Below, piece after piece: positions 1-8,700 of a stretch of 64,000 nucleotides of DNA. The stretch is from positions 384,001 to 448,000 of the forward strand of contig CP186953.1 of assembly GCA_049570475.1 (NCBI GenBank), given 5' to 3'. The translations under genes were made by a program, and so were the position numbers. Origin of the DNA: Candidatus Methanosuratincola verstraetei (GTDB lineage: Archaea; Thermoproteota; Methanomethylicia; Methanomethylicales; Methanomethylicaceae). Below the pieces are notes generated by a model. It was not told the DNA's origin. It saw only the letters and a list, made by a program, of their open reading frames with translations, and ran no database searches. Position 1 is the stretch's first letter. The number at the start of each line of letters is the position of its first letter.

Positions 1-13
1 TAGATCGCGCAAA

Positions 14-781
14 TCAGAACCAGATAACTGATCTTGCGTTCGAATAGGTAACCAGCTGGATGTCCCTGCCCCCTATCCCAGATCTGTCTAGGTACTTAGC
101 CGTCCTCAGGACCGCTAGCGGGTCGGACGGTTCGCACCCTAGTCCGCTGTTGACGATTATACCCTCTGGACCATGCTTCTCGACAATTTCTTTAACGTCA
201 CACGGGGTAAGCTTTCCCTGCTGCACCGTGAGACCGGCATTGAAGCCGAGCTCCCTTACCCTTGGCACAAGCTGCGGGGTCAAGTGGTCCACAACCACAC
301 GCGTTGGCTCAGGGCACTCTTCCTTTAGGATTTGCAGGAGCTTCTCAACTATGGCTTCCTTGTTCTTCTGGGGCGTGTATACTATCACCGGGCGGTCGTA
401 CTCGTTGGCTATTCGGAGCTGCTTGACCAAGATGTCCACTTCATCCTCGCTTCCCGTCTCTAGACCGACCTCACCGAGAGCGTTTGCCAAGGAGTTGTCA
501 AAAATGGCCAGTACACGCTCGATCGCGAGGTCGAGCTCGTACTTAGGGATGAACTTCGGGTGTATCCCCATTGCCAGCCTGAAGTCAATGCCGTAGGAGG
601 CTAACCTGGCAGCCTCCTCCTCAGCCAGGAACTTGAAGAAGTCGAAGACCGTCGATGCTCCAGTCGGCTGAACTGGGAAATAGGAGCAAAGGACCACGCC
701 TTCGACCCCAGAGACGGACATCAGCTCAAGATCCTCTGGACCTCGGAAATATGTGTGGGTGTGGGAATCGATGCACTTCAT
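14..781 (-). CDS. TatD-like amidohydrolase (TIM-barrel metal-dependent hydrolase)
   Basis: N-terminal DSHTH, GIHP, ALGEVGLE and VVDH motifs; two expected metal ligands look substituted. Confidence 0.8.
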   Translation of the reverse strand: MKCIDSHTHTYFRGPEDLELMSVSGVEGVVLCSYFPVQPTGASTVFDFFKFLAEEEAARLASYGIDFRLAMGIHPKFIPKYELDLAIERVLAIFDNSLANALGEVGLETGSEDEVDILVKQLRIANEYDRPVIVYTPQKNKEAIVEKLLQILKEECPEPTRVVVDHLTPQLVPRVRELGFNAGLTVQQGKLTPCDVKEIVEKHGPEGIIVNSGLGCEPSDPLAVLRTAKYLDRSGIGGRDIQLVTYSNARSVIWF

Positions 782-831
782 GCCAAAACACCTAGCTACA
801 GAAGACGCTGCATACTAAAGAGTTTTCTGGA

Positions 832-2511
832 TCACAAGTATGCATCAGTCACGTAGCGGCGCATCATCCGGTGGCTGTTGAAGTATGATGCGAGGATGCC
901 TATCGAGTTCTGCATCATGTCCGCCCACGCGTCTACCCTGTCGTAGTAGGTGGGGCATATGATGTAGTTCAACTTGTTGTAGAGATCCTCCTTTTCTTGG
1001 AGCCTCCTCTCATCTGGATCGACGTTCTCGTGCGGATGCGGCCCTATCGACCAACCTGTGACGTCTTCTATCCACCCTTCCACCCACCAGCCATCCAACA
1101 CGCTGAAGTTTAGAACCCCATTGTGGGCAGCCTTCATCCCGCTCGTCCCCGAGGCCTCCATAGGTGGCTGGGGAGTGTTCAGCCATACATCGACGCCGGA
1201 GACCATGAGCTTGGAGAGCGCTAGGTCGTAGTTCTCTAGGTAGACCATCTTTATGTCGTCCTTGAGCTCTTTCATATTTTGGAATATCTGCTTAATAATC
1301 AGCTTGCCAGTTTCGTCCTTTGGGTGGGACTTGCCCGCGAAGATAATCTGGAGGCCCCAGCGGCGTGCAATCTTCTTGAGGCGATCAACATCGGAGAAGA
1401 TCAGATTCGGTCGCTTGTATCCTGTGGCCCTCCTTGCAAACCCTATTGTGAGGACACGCGGATCCATCTGAATTCCGGTCATTGTTCTCACGCAGGTCAA
1501 GAGATCCTCTTTTGCTTCCCTGTGTGCCTCGAGTATCTCTTTGTCAGGGATTATCCCTACCCTAGTCAGCAGGCTTGGTTCGTCCGCCCAGCCTGGGAGG
1601 TACCTGTCATAAAGCCTCTTGAAATGCTCACATGTCCAAGTGAAGGAATGGACGCCGTTGGTTATTGCATGGACTTTGTAGCCCGGGAATAGGCTTGTCG
1701 AGTACTCCCCATATCTCTTGGACACCCCGTTGATGTAATCGCTAAGGTTCAGCGCCAGCATGGTCATGTTCAGCCTGTCAGCCCCTCCATACTGCCTTAT
1801 CAGGTCCTTAGGGACTAGATCCCCCAAGATGCGGTTGACCATATTGTGGTCGAACTTGTCAAAAGCCGCCTCAACCGGGGTATGGGTGGTAAAGATGCAC
1901 ATGCGCTTAACCCTCTGTGCATCAAGCTGGTTCTCCCTGAGCAGCTCGAGCGACAGCAGTGCAGAATGCCCCTCGTTCATGTGGTAGCGCCTTATTCTGA
2001 AGCCGAGTGCATTCAACACCCGGACGCCGCCTACTCCCAGCACGATCTCTTGTTTAAGCCGGTACTCCAAGTCCCCACCGTAGAGATAATGGGTTATTTC
2101 CCTGTCGCTGGGATGGTTTTCCTTCAGATCCGTGTCCAAGAGCAGTACTGGTACGCTTCCCCCTTTGGGGCTAGTGACCAGGTATTGATAGGCCCTAACC
2201 TGCACATCCCTGTCCTCGATCTTAACGGTCACCCTTACAGGAAGCTCCTCAGCCCGTTTTGAAGGGTCCCAGTCCGACGGTAATTCAGTCTGCTCCCCCT
2301 TCGCGCTGAGCTTTTGGGTGAAGTAGCCTTTGCGGCTGACCAGCGATACGGCGACGAGAGGCACTTTCAGGTCAGCAGCAGACCTTACGGTGTCGCCGGC
2401 AAGCACCCCGAGCCCCCCTGCATAGGTAGGTATGTCGCTTTCAAGGGCGATCTCCATGGAGAAGTAAGCGATGCCGGTTCTGTTTCTATCGAAGCTGTTG
2501 ACGAGCGTCAT
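832..2511 (-). CDS. glgP: Alpha-glucan (glycogen/maltodextrin) phosphorylase
   Basis: AYFSME, YAGGLGVLAGD, HMNEGH, FARRATGYKR and PLP-lysine motif EASGTSGMK. Confidence 0.95.
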   Translation of the reverse strand: MTLVNSFDRNRTGIAYFSMEIALESDIPTYAGGLGVLAGDTVRSAADLKVPLVAVSLVSRKGYFTQKLSAKGEQTELPSDWDPSKRAEELPVRVTVKIEDRDVQVRAYQYLVTSPKGGSVPVLLLDTDLKENHPSDREITHYLYGGDLEYRLKQEIVLGVGGVRVLNALGFRIRRYHMNEGHSALLSLELLRENQLDAQRVKRMCIFTTHTPVEAAFDKFDHNMVNRILGDLVPKDLIRQYGGADRLNMTMLALNLSDYINGVSKRYGEYSTSLFPGYKVHAITNGVHSFTWTCEHFKRLYDRYLPGWADEPSLLTRVGIIPDKEILEAHREAKEDLLTCVRTMTGIQMDPRVLTIGFARRATGYKRPNLIFSDVDRLKKIARRWGLQIIFAGKSHPKDETGKLIIKQIFQNMKELKDDIKMVYLENYDLALSKLMVSGVDVWLNTPQPPMEASGTSGMKAAHNGVLNFSVLDGWWVEGWIEDVTGWSIGPHPHENVDPDERRLQEKEDLYNKLNYIICPTYYDRVDAWADMMQNSIGILASYFNSHRMMRRYVTDAYL

Positions 2512-2684
2512 TGCATCACCATTCCAGGCCCCAAAGATAATCCAGGCAGATCACTGTGTTCACAAAAAGAGTGAATCCATACAACATATTAAGGTTTCTA
2601 GCCCGCCAAGCAGAAGACATCCGCCTGCCTTGGAGGGCGCGGGAATTGCGCCCTGTTGATAGCCAAGTCAAAAAAAGGTGCTGG

Positions 2685-3101
2685 TTAGAGATATTTCTTT
2701 ATCATCTCTTCAAGGTTTGCCTCGCTGGTCGCGCCTACCATCCTGTGGATCTCTTTCCCATTCTTGAAGAAGACGAAAGTCGGGATCCCATAGATGCCCA
2801 GCCTTCCTGGAACTATCGGGTTCTCATCGACATTCATCCTGCCAAACACGGCCTTCCCAGCGTACTTCCTGGCGAGCTTCTCGAAGATCGGTACCATGTA
2901 CATGCAAGGACCACACCATGTGGCCCAGAAGTCAATCACCACCAGGGAGTTCGCATTTGTTATTATGCTCTCAAAGTTCCCGTCAGTCACCGTAATTTCT
3001 TTTTCCGTTGACAATTCTTTTTCATCCTCCTTCTTTGAAGTGATCTCTTGCAGTTTCCTCTCTTTTATCTTTCTGAGTTCCTCGTCCCAGTCAAAGCCCA
3101 T
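2685..3101 (-). CDS. trxA: Thioredoxin
   Basis: DFWATWCGPC active site; archaeal-type charged N-terminal extension. Confidence 0.95.
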   Translation of the reverse strand: MGFDWDEELRKIKERKLQEITSKKEDEKELSTEKEITVTDGNFESIITNANSLVVIDFWATWCGPCMYMVPIFEKLARKYAGKAVFGRMNVDENPIVPGRLGIYGIPTFVFFKNGKEIHRMVGATSEANLEEMIKKYL

Positions 3102-3304
3102 GAAACCACCTTTAAAGTTTCTTGTTCCACATTATATGTGCTTTTTGGGTGTTCGCGGCAAGCCTCTGAAAGGCGAACCCATTTGCCCACGGCTAAGTGT
3201 TGGGTCGCACCCGTGGCGTTTTTAGAATGCATGGACTGGACTGCCCCATATGCTGGACGCCCCACCGAATATTTGGGGATATGCCAGAATATTGGGACGC
3301 AAGG

Positions 3305-4216
3305 TCAAATCCTTTTGAGTATATCATCTTTGAGGTTGATGCAGCCTATCAGAGCTAGAAGCACCCGGATGTCATCAGTGTTTATCAAGGCAGGAGCCTT
3401 CTCCCTCACCACCAGCTTGGCCTTGAATCCGACGCCAAGACCAACACTCTCTATCATGAACAGGTCATTCGCGCCGTCCCCAACTGCAACACAAGACTCT
3501 AGCCCAACGCCAAGTTCCTGAGCTATCTTCCTGATCGCACCCAGCTTTGCCTCGGGCCCGGTCATCTCGCCCTCGACCTCGCCCGTCAAGACCCCTTCCT
3601 TGCTGAGCAGCCTGTTGCTGAAGACATAGTCTGCCCCGATCATGCGCCCCACATGCTCAGCCACAAAATCGAATCCCCCAGTCACTATACCGACTACGAA
3701 ACCGCTCGATTTGAGTTGCCTTATCAGGTCTACAACGCCTGGCGTAATCACTATTGAGTCTTTTATCTCATCAAGCTTCGACACTGGGAGGCCGCGAAGC
3801 AGGCTGACCCGCTCCTTTAGGGCCTCGAGGAAGTTCATCTTCCCCTCCATGGCAAGCTTGGTAATCCGCTTGACCTCATCTCCAACGCCAGCAGCCTTTG
3901 CCAGCTCTTCAATCACTTCTTGGTCGATCAGAGTTCCGTCCAGGTCGAACACAATCACTTTCTTTCCACATTTGTAGCTCTCGCAGTTCTCGGCTGCCAG
4001 GGCGAGGCCTATCCCATCGCAGCTCCTCTTCAGTATGTTTATCAGCTCTGCTTTACCAATTGTAGCATAGCGCGTCTCTACGACCATCACCATGGCGAAA
4101 AGGTCGTTGAATACTGTCGCGGCCCTTGTCTTCAAAATATTTGCATGGAACCGTGCCAGAACCCCAGACACGGCAGCGACAATCCCGGGTCTGTCTTTCC
4201 CCACCACAGTCAGCAC
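3305..4216 (-). CDS. serB: Phosphoserine phosphatase with N-terminal ACT domain
   Basis: ACT motif GKDRPGIVA; HAD motifs FDLDGT, VTGGF, GDGAND. Confidence 0.9.
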   Translation of the reverse strand: MLTVVGKDRPGIVAAVSGVLARFHANILKTRAATVFNDLFAMVMVVETRYATIGKAELINILKRSCDGIGLALAAENCESYKCGKKVIVFDLDGTLIDQEVIEELAKAAGVGDEVKRITKLAMEGKMNFLEALKERVSLLRGLPVSKLDEIKDSIVITPGVVDLIRQLKSSGFVVGIVTGGFDFVAEHVGRMIGADYVFSNRLLSKEGVLTGEVEGEMTGPEAKLGAIRKIAQELGVGLESCVAVGDGANDLFMIESVGLGVGFKAKLVVREKAPALINTDDIRVLLALIGCINLKDDILKRI

Positions 4217-4220
4217 TATC

Positions 4221-4481
4221 TTACTTTGATCCAGCGTAATAGAATGTCACCTCTAGCCCCAATTCGCTGCACCTGTGGGAAAGCTTTCTCCGCATCTCTT
4301 CAAGCGCACCTATATTCATTGAGATGTTTATCAGGAGCGCCAGGATAAAGATCTCTTTCATCACTACCTGATCCATTTCTTCGATGTTGTAGCCGAAGTC
4401 AGCTATCACAGAAGTTATCTCGGAGATGAGCCCAGGTCTATCAGGCCCCACCGCGATTGCGACCAAGTATTTGTTGTCCAT
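4221..4481 (-). CDS. ACT-domain protein (possibly a detached first ACT domain of SerB)
   Basis: VGPDRPGLISEIT...NIEEMDQ ACT signature; stop lies 4 nt before serB. Confidence 0.85.
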   Translation of the reverse strand: MDNKYLVAIAVGPDRPGLISEITSVIADFGYNIEEMDQVVMKEIFILALLINISMNIGALEEMRRKLSHRCSELGLEVTFYYAGSK

Positions 4482-4584
4482 AGGCTACACCAGAGGGAAC
4501 ATTGGTTGAATGCAGAGAAAATCTATTTAACTTTTTGCGGGATAAGCTTGAGAGATCGATAATTTAAGAGCTGGAGGGCGAAAA

Positions 4585-5232
4585 TTGTCTGATGATCTTC
4601 TCAAGAGGCTTAAAGATGCCTTAATCAGCCAAGACTCGAGGATGGCTCTTGAGGCAACAAAGCAGCTCTTGAACAATGGCGAAGATCCGGTCAAGATTGC
4701 AGATCTGATAGCAGAGGGGTTGAAAGAGGTTGGGGATCTCTTTGAGGCACAGGAGCTCTTCTTGCCGGAGGTGATGAGGGCGGCAAATGCCGCAAAATTA
4801 TCGCTGAATTTGGTCATACCAGCCATTCAGAGGCGAGGCGGCATATCCAGGGCAGGGAAGGGGAGGATCGCAATCGGGTCGCTTGGCCCGCATGACATCG
4901 GTAAGACGCTTGTTGCTGCAATGCTTGTCTCGGATGGCTTTGACGTGCTGGATCTCGGGACTATGCTAACGCCCGACAAGGTCCTGAGCGCCGCGAACAG
5001 CGTACAGATCGTAGGACTCTCGGTACTGCTCACTTCTGACGTGAGAAAGGCAGCTGAAATCATAAAGAAGGTTAAGGCAAACAACCCTTCATTAAAGTTC
5101 ATGGTCGGAGGGGCAGCCATGAGTGAAAAGCTCGCGATAGAAATAGGTGCAGATGCCTACGGGGCTGACGCAAAGGAAGCGGTCAGGATAGCGAGGGAGA
5201 TGATCGGGGGGGAGAAACCATCAGGAAAATGA
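4585..5232 (+). CDS. Methyltransferase corrinoid protein (MtaC/MtmC-like; cap + B12-binding domain)
   Basis: Cap domain (GDLFEAQELFLPEVM); HDIGK, DLG, VGLSVLLT, MVGGA, IGADAY motifs. Confidence 0.9.
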   Translation: MSDDLLKRLKDALISQDSRMALEATKQLLNNGEDPVKIADLIAEGLKEVGDLFEAQELFLPEVMRAANAAKLSLNLVIPAIQRRGGISRAGKGRIAIGSLGPHDIGKTLVAAMLVSDGFDVLDLGTMLTPDKVLSAANSVQIVGLSVLLTSDVRKAAEIIKKVKANNPSLKFMVGGAAMSEKLAIEIGADAYGADAKEAVRIAREMIGGEKPSGK

Positions 5233-6119
5233 AGACGACCGTGATTGGCAGCCACCCTGTGTCGGGATCAGGGCTGGAAGCCCTCGAGAATGCGGTCAGG
5301 GATCAGATCGAGGCAGGGATCGAAATCATAAGCGACGGGCAGACGAGGAAGGACATGGTCGCATACTTCGCTGACCATATACCAGGATTCGAGATCAACG
5401 ACGGAAGGGCCATGATAACAGGGAAGGTCTGCCCGCCAGAGGATACCCCTCTGGTGCAGGACCTGATGCATGCAAAAAGGATAGCCTCGGGAGCTTGCGA
5501 GGTCAAAGCCATAATAACAGGCCCTGTTACCATGGCCTTCTTCTCTGAGCTCGCTCCTAGCGCGCCATACAGCGGTTTCCGCGACGAAAAGCTGTACACC
5601 GACATCGGGGAGGCGTTAGCAGTCGAGGCCGAGATCATAAGCAAGCACGGCTTCACCACATTCCAGTTTGATGAGCCCAGCTTCTCAATAGGAGCCCCCA
5701 TGGATCTTGCTAAGAAAGCGCTTGAGGCGGTCACTGCCAATGTCAAGGGCGTAAAGGCACTACACGTCTGCGGCAACCTGAAGAGGTCCTTCAGGGAGAT
5801 CGTGGGGATCGAAGGGTTGGACATACTCAGCTTCGCCTTCAAGGACAACCCAGGAAACTTCGATATAGTTGACCGGAAAGCGATGGTGGATCATGGCAAG
5901 AAGCTCGGTGCCGGATGCGTCAGCTCCATGGAGAACAAGATCGAGGAAAAGGGTGCAATCAGGCAGCTGCTGGAAAGGCTTTTCGCAGCCTACGAACCTG
6001 AAAACATAGCATGGATACACCCAGACTGCGGATTGAGGGCTCTCGACAGGGCGGTTGCAGTTGGGAAGCTGAGGGAGATGGTCAGGGCAGTCAGGGAGGC
6101 GGAGGCAGAGGCAAAATGA
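5229..6119 (+). CDS. Methylcobalamin:homocysteine methyltransferase (single-barrel MetE core, MesA-like)
   Basis: TTVIGSHP, ISDGQ, ITGPVT, QFDEP, Zn motifs LHVCG and HPDCGL; 296 aa with no N-terminal folate barrel. Confidence 0.85.
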   Translation: MKTTVIGSHPVSGSGLEALENAVRDQIEAGIEIISDGQTRKDMVAYFADHIPGFEINDGRAMITGKVCPPEDTPLVQDLMHAKRIASGACEVKAIITGPVTMAFFSELAPSAPYSGFRDEKLYTDIGEALAVEAEIISKHGFTTFQFDEPSFSIGAPMDLAKKALEAVTANVKGVKALHVCGNLKRSFREIVGIEGLDILSFAFKDNPGNFDIVDRKAMVDHGKKLGAGCVSSMENKIEEKGAIRQLLERLFAAYEPENIAWIHPDCGLRALDRAVAVGKLREMVRAVREAEAEAK

Positions 6120-7006
6120 GGGCGCCGCCATATGTGCTCGGGAATGCCAGATTCGGGGCCGTAGGAAAGCCAGTCCTTGTAGGGAGCCTCTTCTATAGAG
6201 GCGACAAGAAGGTCTCAGACCACCGAACCGGCGAGGTCGATACAAAGAGGGTCAAAAGCGAACTGGAGACAGCAGAAAGGGTTGCAAGGCGCGTGGGATT
6301 GCCGCATGCCGTCGATGTGATTGCAGAGACCCCCGAGGCGATGTGCAAGTACATCGGCTTGCTCGCGGATCTGACCGAAAGCCCGCTTCTGATAGGAGGA
6401 CTAAATGAGGAGTCCCGGGTTGCCGGGTACAGGAAAGCTCTCGAAATCGGAATAAGCTCGAGATGCGGCGTGAACTCCGTGTCGACATGCACAGCCGAGA
6501 CGGAGCTTGCCGAGCTTGGCGCCAACAAGATAAGGTTTGCAATAATACAGACCCTCGACCCTTCTGCAGTCTACCCCGAAGAAAAGCTTGCGCTGCTCAG
6601 AGACGTGCTCCTTGGAAGGTGTGAATCTGCAGGTATCGAAGGCGCTGCCGTCGACGTAGGCATAATCGACTTCACCAGCACGCACCTCGCAGTCGAGTCT
6701 ATGAAACTGATTAGGAAGGAGCTGGGCCTTCCGTGCGGGTGCGCACCGTCGAATGCAGCCTACCAGACACTACTCAAGAAGAAGGTTTCTAGAAAGAGCG
6801 CAAGGGCCATCAACTCAGCCCTAAACACAATCGTGCAGCTAGGAGGCGCAGATTTCATAATCTACGGTCCACTCAAGGCATCAACATACATATTCGAGGC
6901 AGTGGCAGTAGTCGAGGCGATTAAAGCTTATGGAGCCAGGCTTTCTGGAGATAGATCGGTAGACAAAGACCACCCACTCTTCAAGTTCCTGCCCAAGCTC
7001 GGCTGA
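6116..7006 (+). CDS. mtrH: MtrH-family methyl-tetrahydropterin:corrinoid methyltransferase
   Basis: VLVGSLFY...D..TGE.D, GCAPSNA, GADFIIYGP; ATG at 6116 overlaps the upstream TGA (ATGA). Confidence 0.8.
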   Translation: MRAPPYVLGNARFGAVGKPVLVGSLFYRGDKKVSDHRTGEVDTKRVKSELETAERVARRVGLPHAVDVIAETPEAMCKYIGLLADLTESPLLIGGLNEESRVAGYRKALEIGISSRCGVNSVSTCTAETELAELGANKIRFAIIQTLDPSAVYPEEKLALLRDVLLGRCESAGIEGAAVDVGIIDFTSTHLAVESMKLIRKELGLPCGCAPSNAAYQTLLKKKVSRKSARAINSALNTIVQLGGADFIIYGPLKASTYIFEAVAVVEAIKAYGARLSGDRSVDKDHPLFKFLPKLG

Positions 7007-7069
7007 CCGCCGATCTAGAGAAGCATAAATAGAGCGTAAGACCGATTATCAGACAGGAGTGAGCTGAAA

Positions 7070-7300
7070 ATGCCTCTCGCATGTGTACTCGTCCACTGCA
7101 AGCCAGGCAAGGATCCTTATGCCCTGGAGAAGATAAAGGAGATGAAGGATGTGAAGAGGGCTTTCGAAACGCTTGGCGCTTTTGATATTGTCGCCGAGTT
7201 TGAGTTCAAGAGCCTCGAAAAGCTCGGGGTCGCAGTTTATGAGATAGCCAAGATAGATGGCGTTGTATCGACCGAGACGCTGATCGAAACGCTCCTGTGA
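7070..7300 (+). CDS. Stand-alone Lrp/AsnC ligand-binding (RAM) domain protein
   Basis: ACVLVHCKPG...LGAFDIVAE...IDGVVSTETLI; no HTH; GGAGTGA RBS. Confidence 0.85.
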   Translation: MPLACVLVHCKPGKDPYALEKIKEMKDVKRAFETLGAFDIVAEFEFKSLEKLGVAVYEIAKIDGVVSTETLIETLL

Positions 7301-7310
7301 GGTTGTTGAG

Positions 7311-7535
7311 ATGATCCAAGTGTGCATACTGATGAACGCAGAGAAAGTCTCGATACTGGACGTGGTGAAGAAGCTGGAGAAGATACCAGGTGTGGTTGAA
7401 ACTTTCCCTACTTTCGGTAGGTTCGACATAGTCGCGTTCTGCGAGGTGGAGAAGAGGGAAGACATCACCCCTCTCATCAGGAAGATAAACGCGATCGAGG
7501 GAGTTTACAAGACCGAATCGCTGATTGAGCTTTGA
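7311..7535 (+). CDS. Stand-alone Lrp/AsnC ligand-binding (RAM) domain protein
   Basis: FGRFDIVAF...IEGVYKTESLI; paralogous to the preceding gene. Confidence 0.85.
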   Translation: MIQVCILMNAEKVSILDVVKKLEKIPGVVETFPTFGRFDIVAFCEVEKREDITPLIRKINAIEGVYKTESLIEL

Positions 7536-7569
7536 ATTTGGAGCCTTTTCCTTTTTTTGGTGTCTTGGG

Positions 7570-8700
7570 ATGGAAGGATTTGCATGGCTTAAGATGATAG
7601 TAGAGCCATGGTACAGAGCCCTCGAGGATCCGGAGGAAGCCCAAACCCAAGTCCTAGCGAGGCTGACCAGAGAATACGCCAAAACTGCATATGGCCAGGC
7701 TTATTGCGATGGTCCACTCTCAGATGCCGCGGATTACAGGCATAGGTTCCCCATAGTCGATTATGAGGACCTTAAACCTTGGCTCGACAAGGTGAAGAAC
7801 AAGGGGCACCAAGAGCTCCTCAGCGAGCCGGTCATCAGATGGGTAATGACCAGGGGGACGACCGGAAACCCCAAGCTGATCCCAGCCACTAGGACGCACC
7901 TCGAACAAGTGCTGATGGTCGGTGCGAGGGGTCTTGTGAACCACGCTTTGCGAACGGGGGATCAGGATCTCCTTAACGGCGGCGTCTTGAACCTAAACTT
8001 CCCTTCAGCAGTCGATTCAGAGGAAACGGGAGGGGGGAGGATAGAGTACGGGTACAGCTCAGGGACTTATGCCAAGTACAACCCGCGTCTTGGGAGTGTT
8101 GGGCTCGTCCCAAGCCAGGAGGAGATCGATGGGCTTGGAAACGGGATAAGCAGGCAGGACTGGGAGAAGAGGTTCGAGCTGGTGTACGAAAGGACAAAAG
8201 GGACGGACGTCAGATCGGTGATGGGCGTAACAAATGTTATCACCGCTTTCGGCAGGTACCTGAAGAAGAGACATGGACTGGCGCCAAAGGAAGTTTGGAG
8301 GTTCAGGGCAGCATTCTGCACCAGCCTGCCGAAGATACAAACATACCATGCACCCAAGATTAGAGCGCTATACGGAGCTGTGAGTGTAGTTGAGATGTAC
8401 ACAGCCACTGAAGGCGTGTTCGCACAGCAGCTAGACAATAACCCTTATGTTGTCCCGAACTACGACGCATATTTCTTCGAGGTCATGAAAGGGAAAGAAG
8501 TGAAGATGCTGCACGAGCTGAAGAGGGGGGAATGGGGAAGGCTTGTGGTATCTTCTTGCCTATTCCCGAGGTATGACATCGGCGACTACATCGAATGCGC
8601 AGGCAAAAACTACTACAGGGTTTATGGGAGGGCAAACAAAAAGGTGCTTTTGGAGCACTTGCTATTCAACATCTTCACAGGGAGGATAATCAGGGCTTAG
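7570..8700 (+). CDS. GH3-family acyl-adenylate/amido synthetase-like protein
   Basis: FPIVDYEDLKPW, TRGTTGNPKLIP, YTATEG, FFE, RYDIGD; ATG at 7570 preferred over 7525. Confidence 0.8.
   Translation: MEGFAWLKMIVEPWYRALEDPEEAQTQVLARLTREYAKTAYGQAYCDGPLSDAADYRHRFPIVDYEDLKPWLDKVKNKGHQELLSEPVIRWVMTRGTTGNPKLIPATRTHLEQVLMVGARGLVNHALRTGDQDLLNGGVLNLNFPSAVDSEETGGGRIEYGYSSGTYAKYNPRLGSVGLVPSQEEIDGLGNGISRQDWEKRFELVYERTKGTDVRSVMGVTNVITAFGRYLKKRHGLAPKEVWRFRAAFCTSLPKIQTYHAPKIRALYGAVSVVEMYTATEGVFAQQLDNNPYVVPNYDAYFFEVMKGKEVKMLHELKRGEWGRLVVSSCLFPRYDIGDYIECAGKNYYRVYGRANKKVLLEHLLFNIFTGRIIRA

Noticed and set aside
3147-3220. HDV-like ribozyme (GGCGAA and GGCTAA resemble the J4/2 strand)
   Set aside because: I could not build P1, P1.1 and P2 pairings.
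6011-6115. Longer N-terminus for MtrH as given in the ORF track
   Set aside because: It overlaps the MesA-like gene by more than 100 nt; ATG 6116 gives an ATGA coupling and a typical MtrH start.
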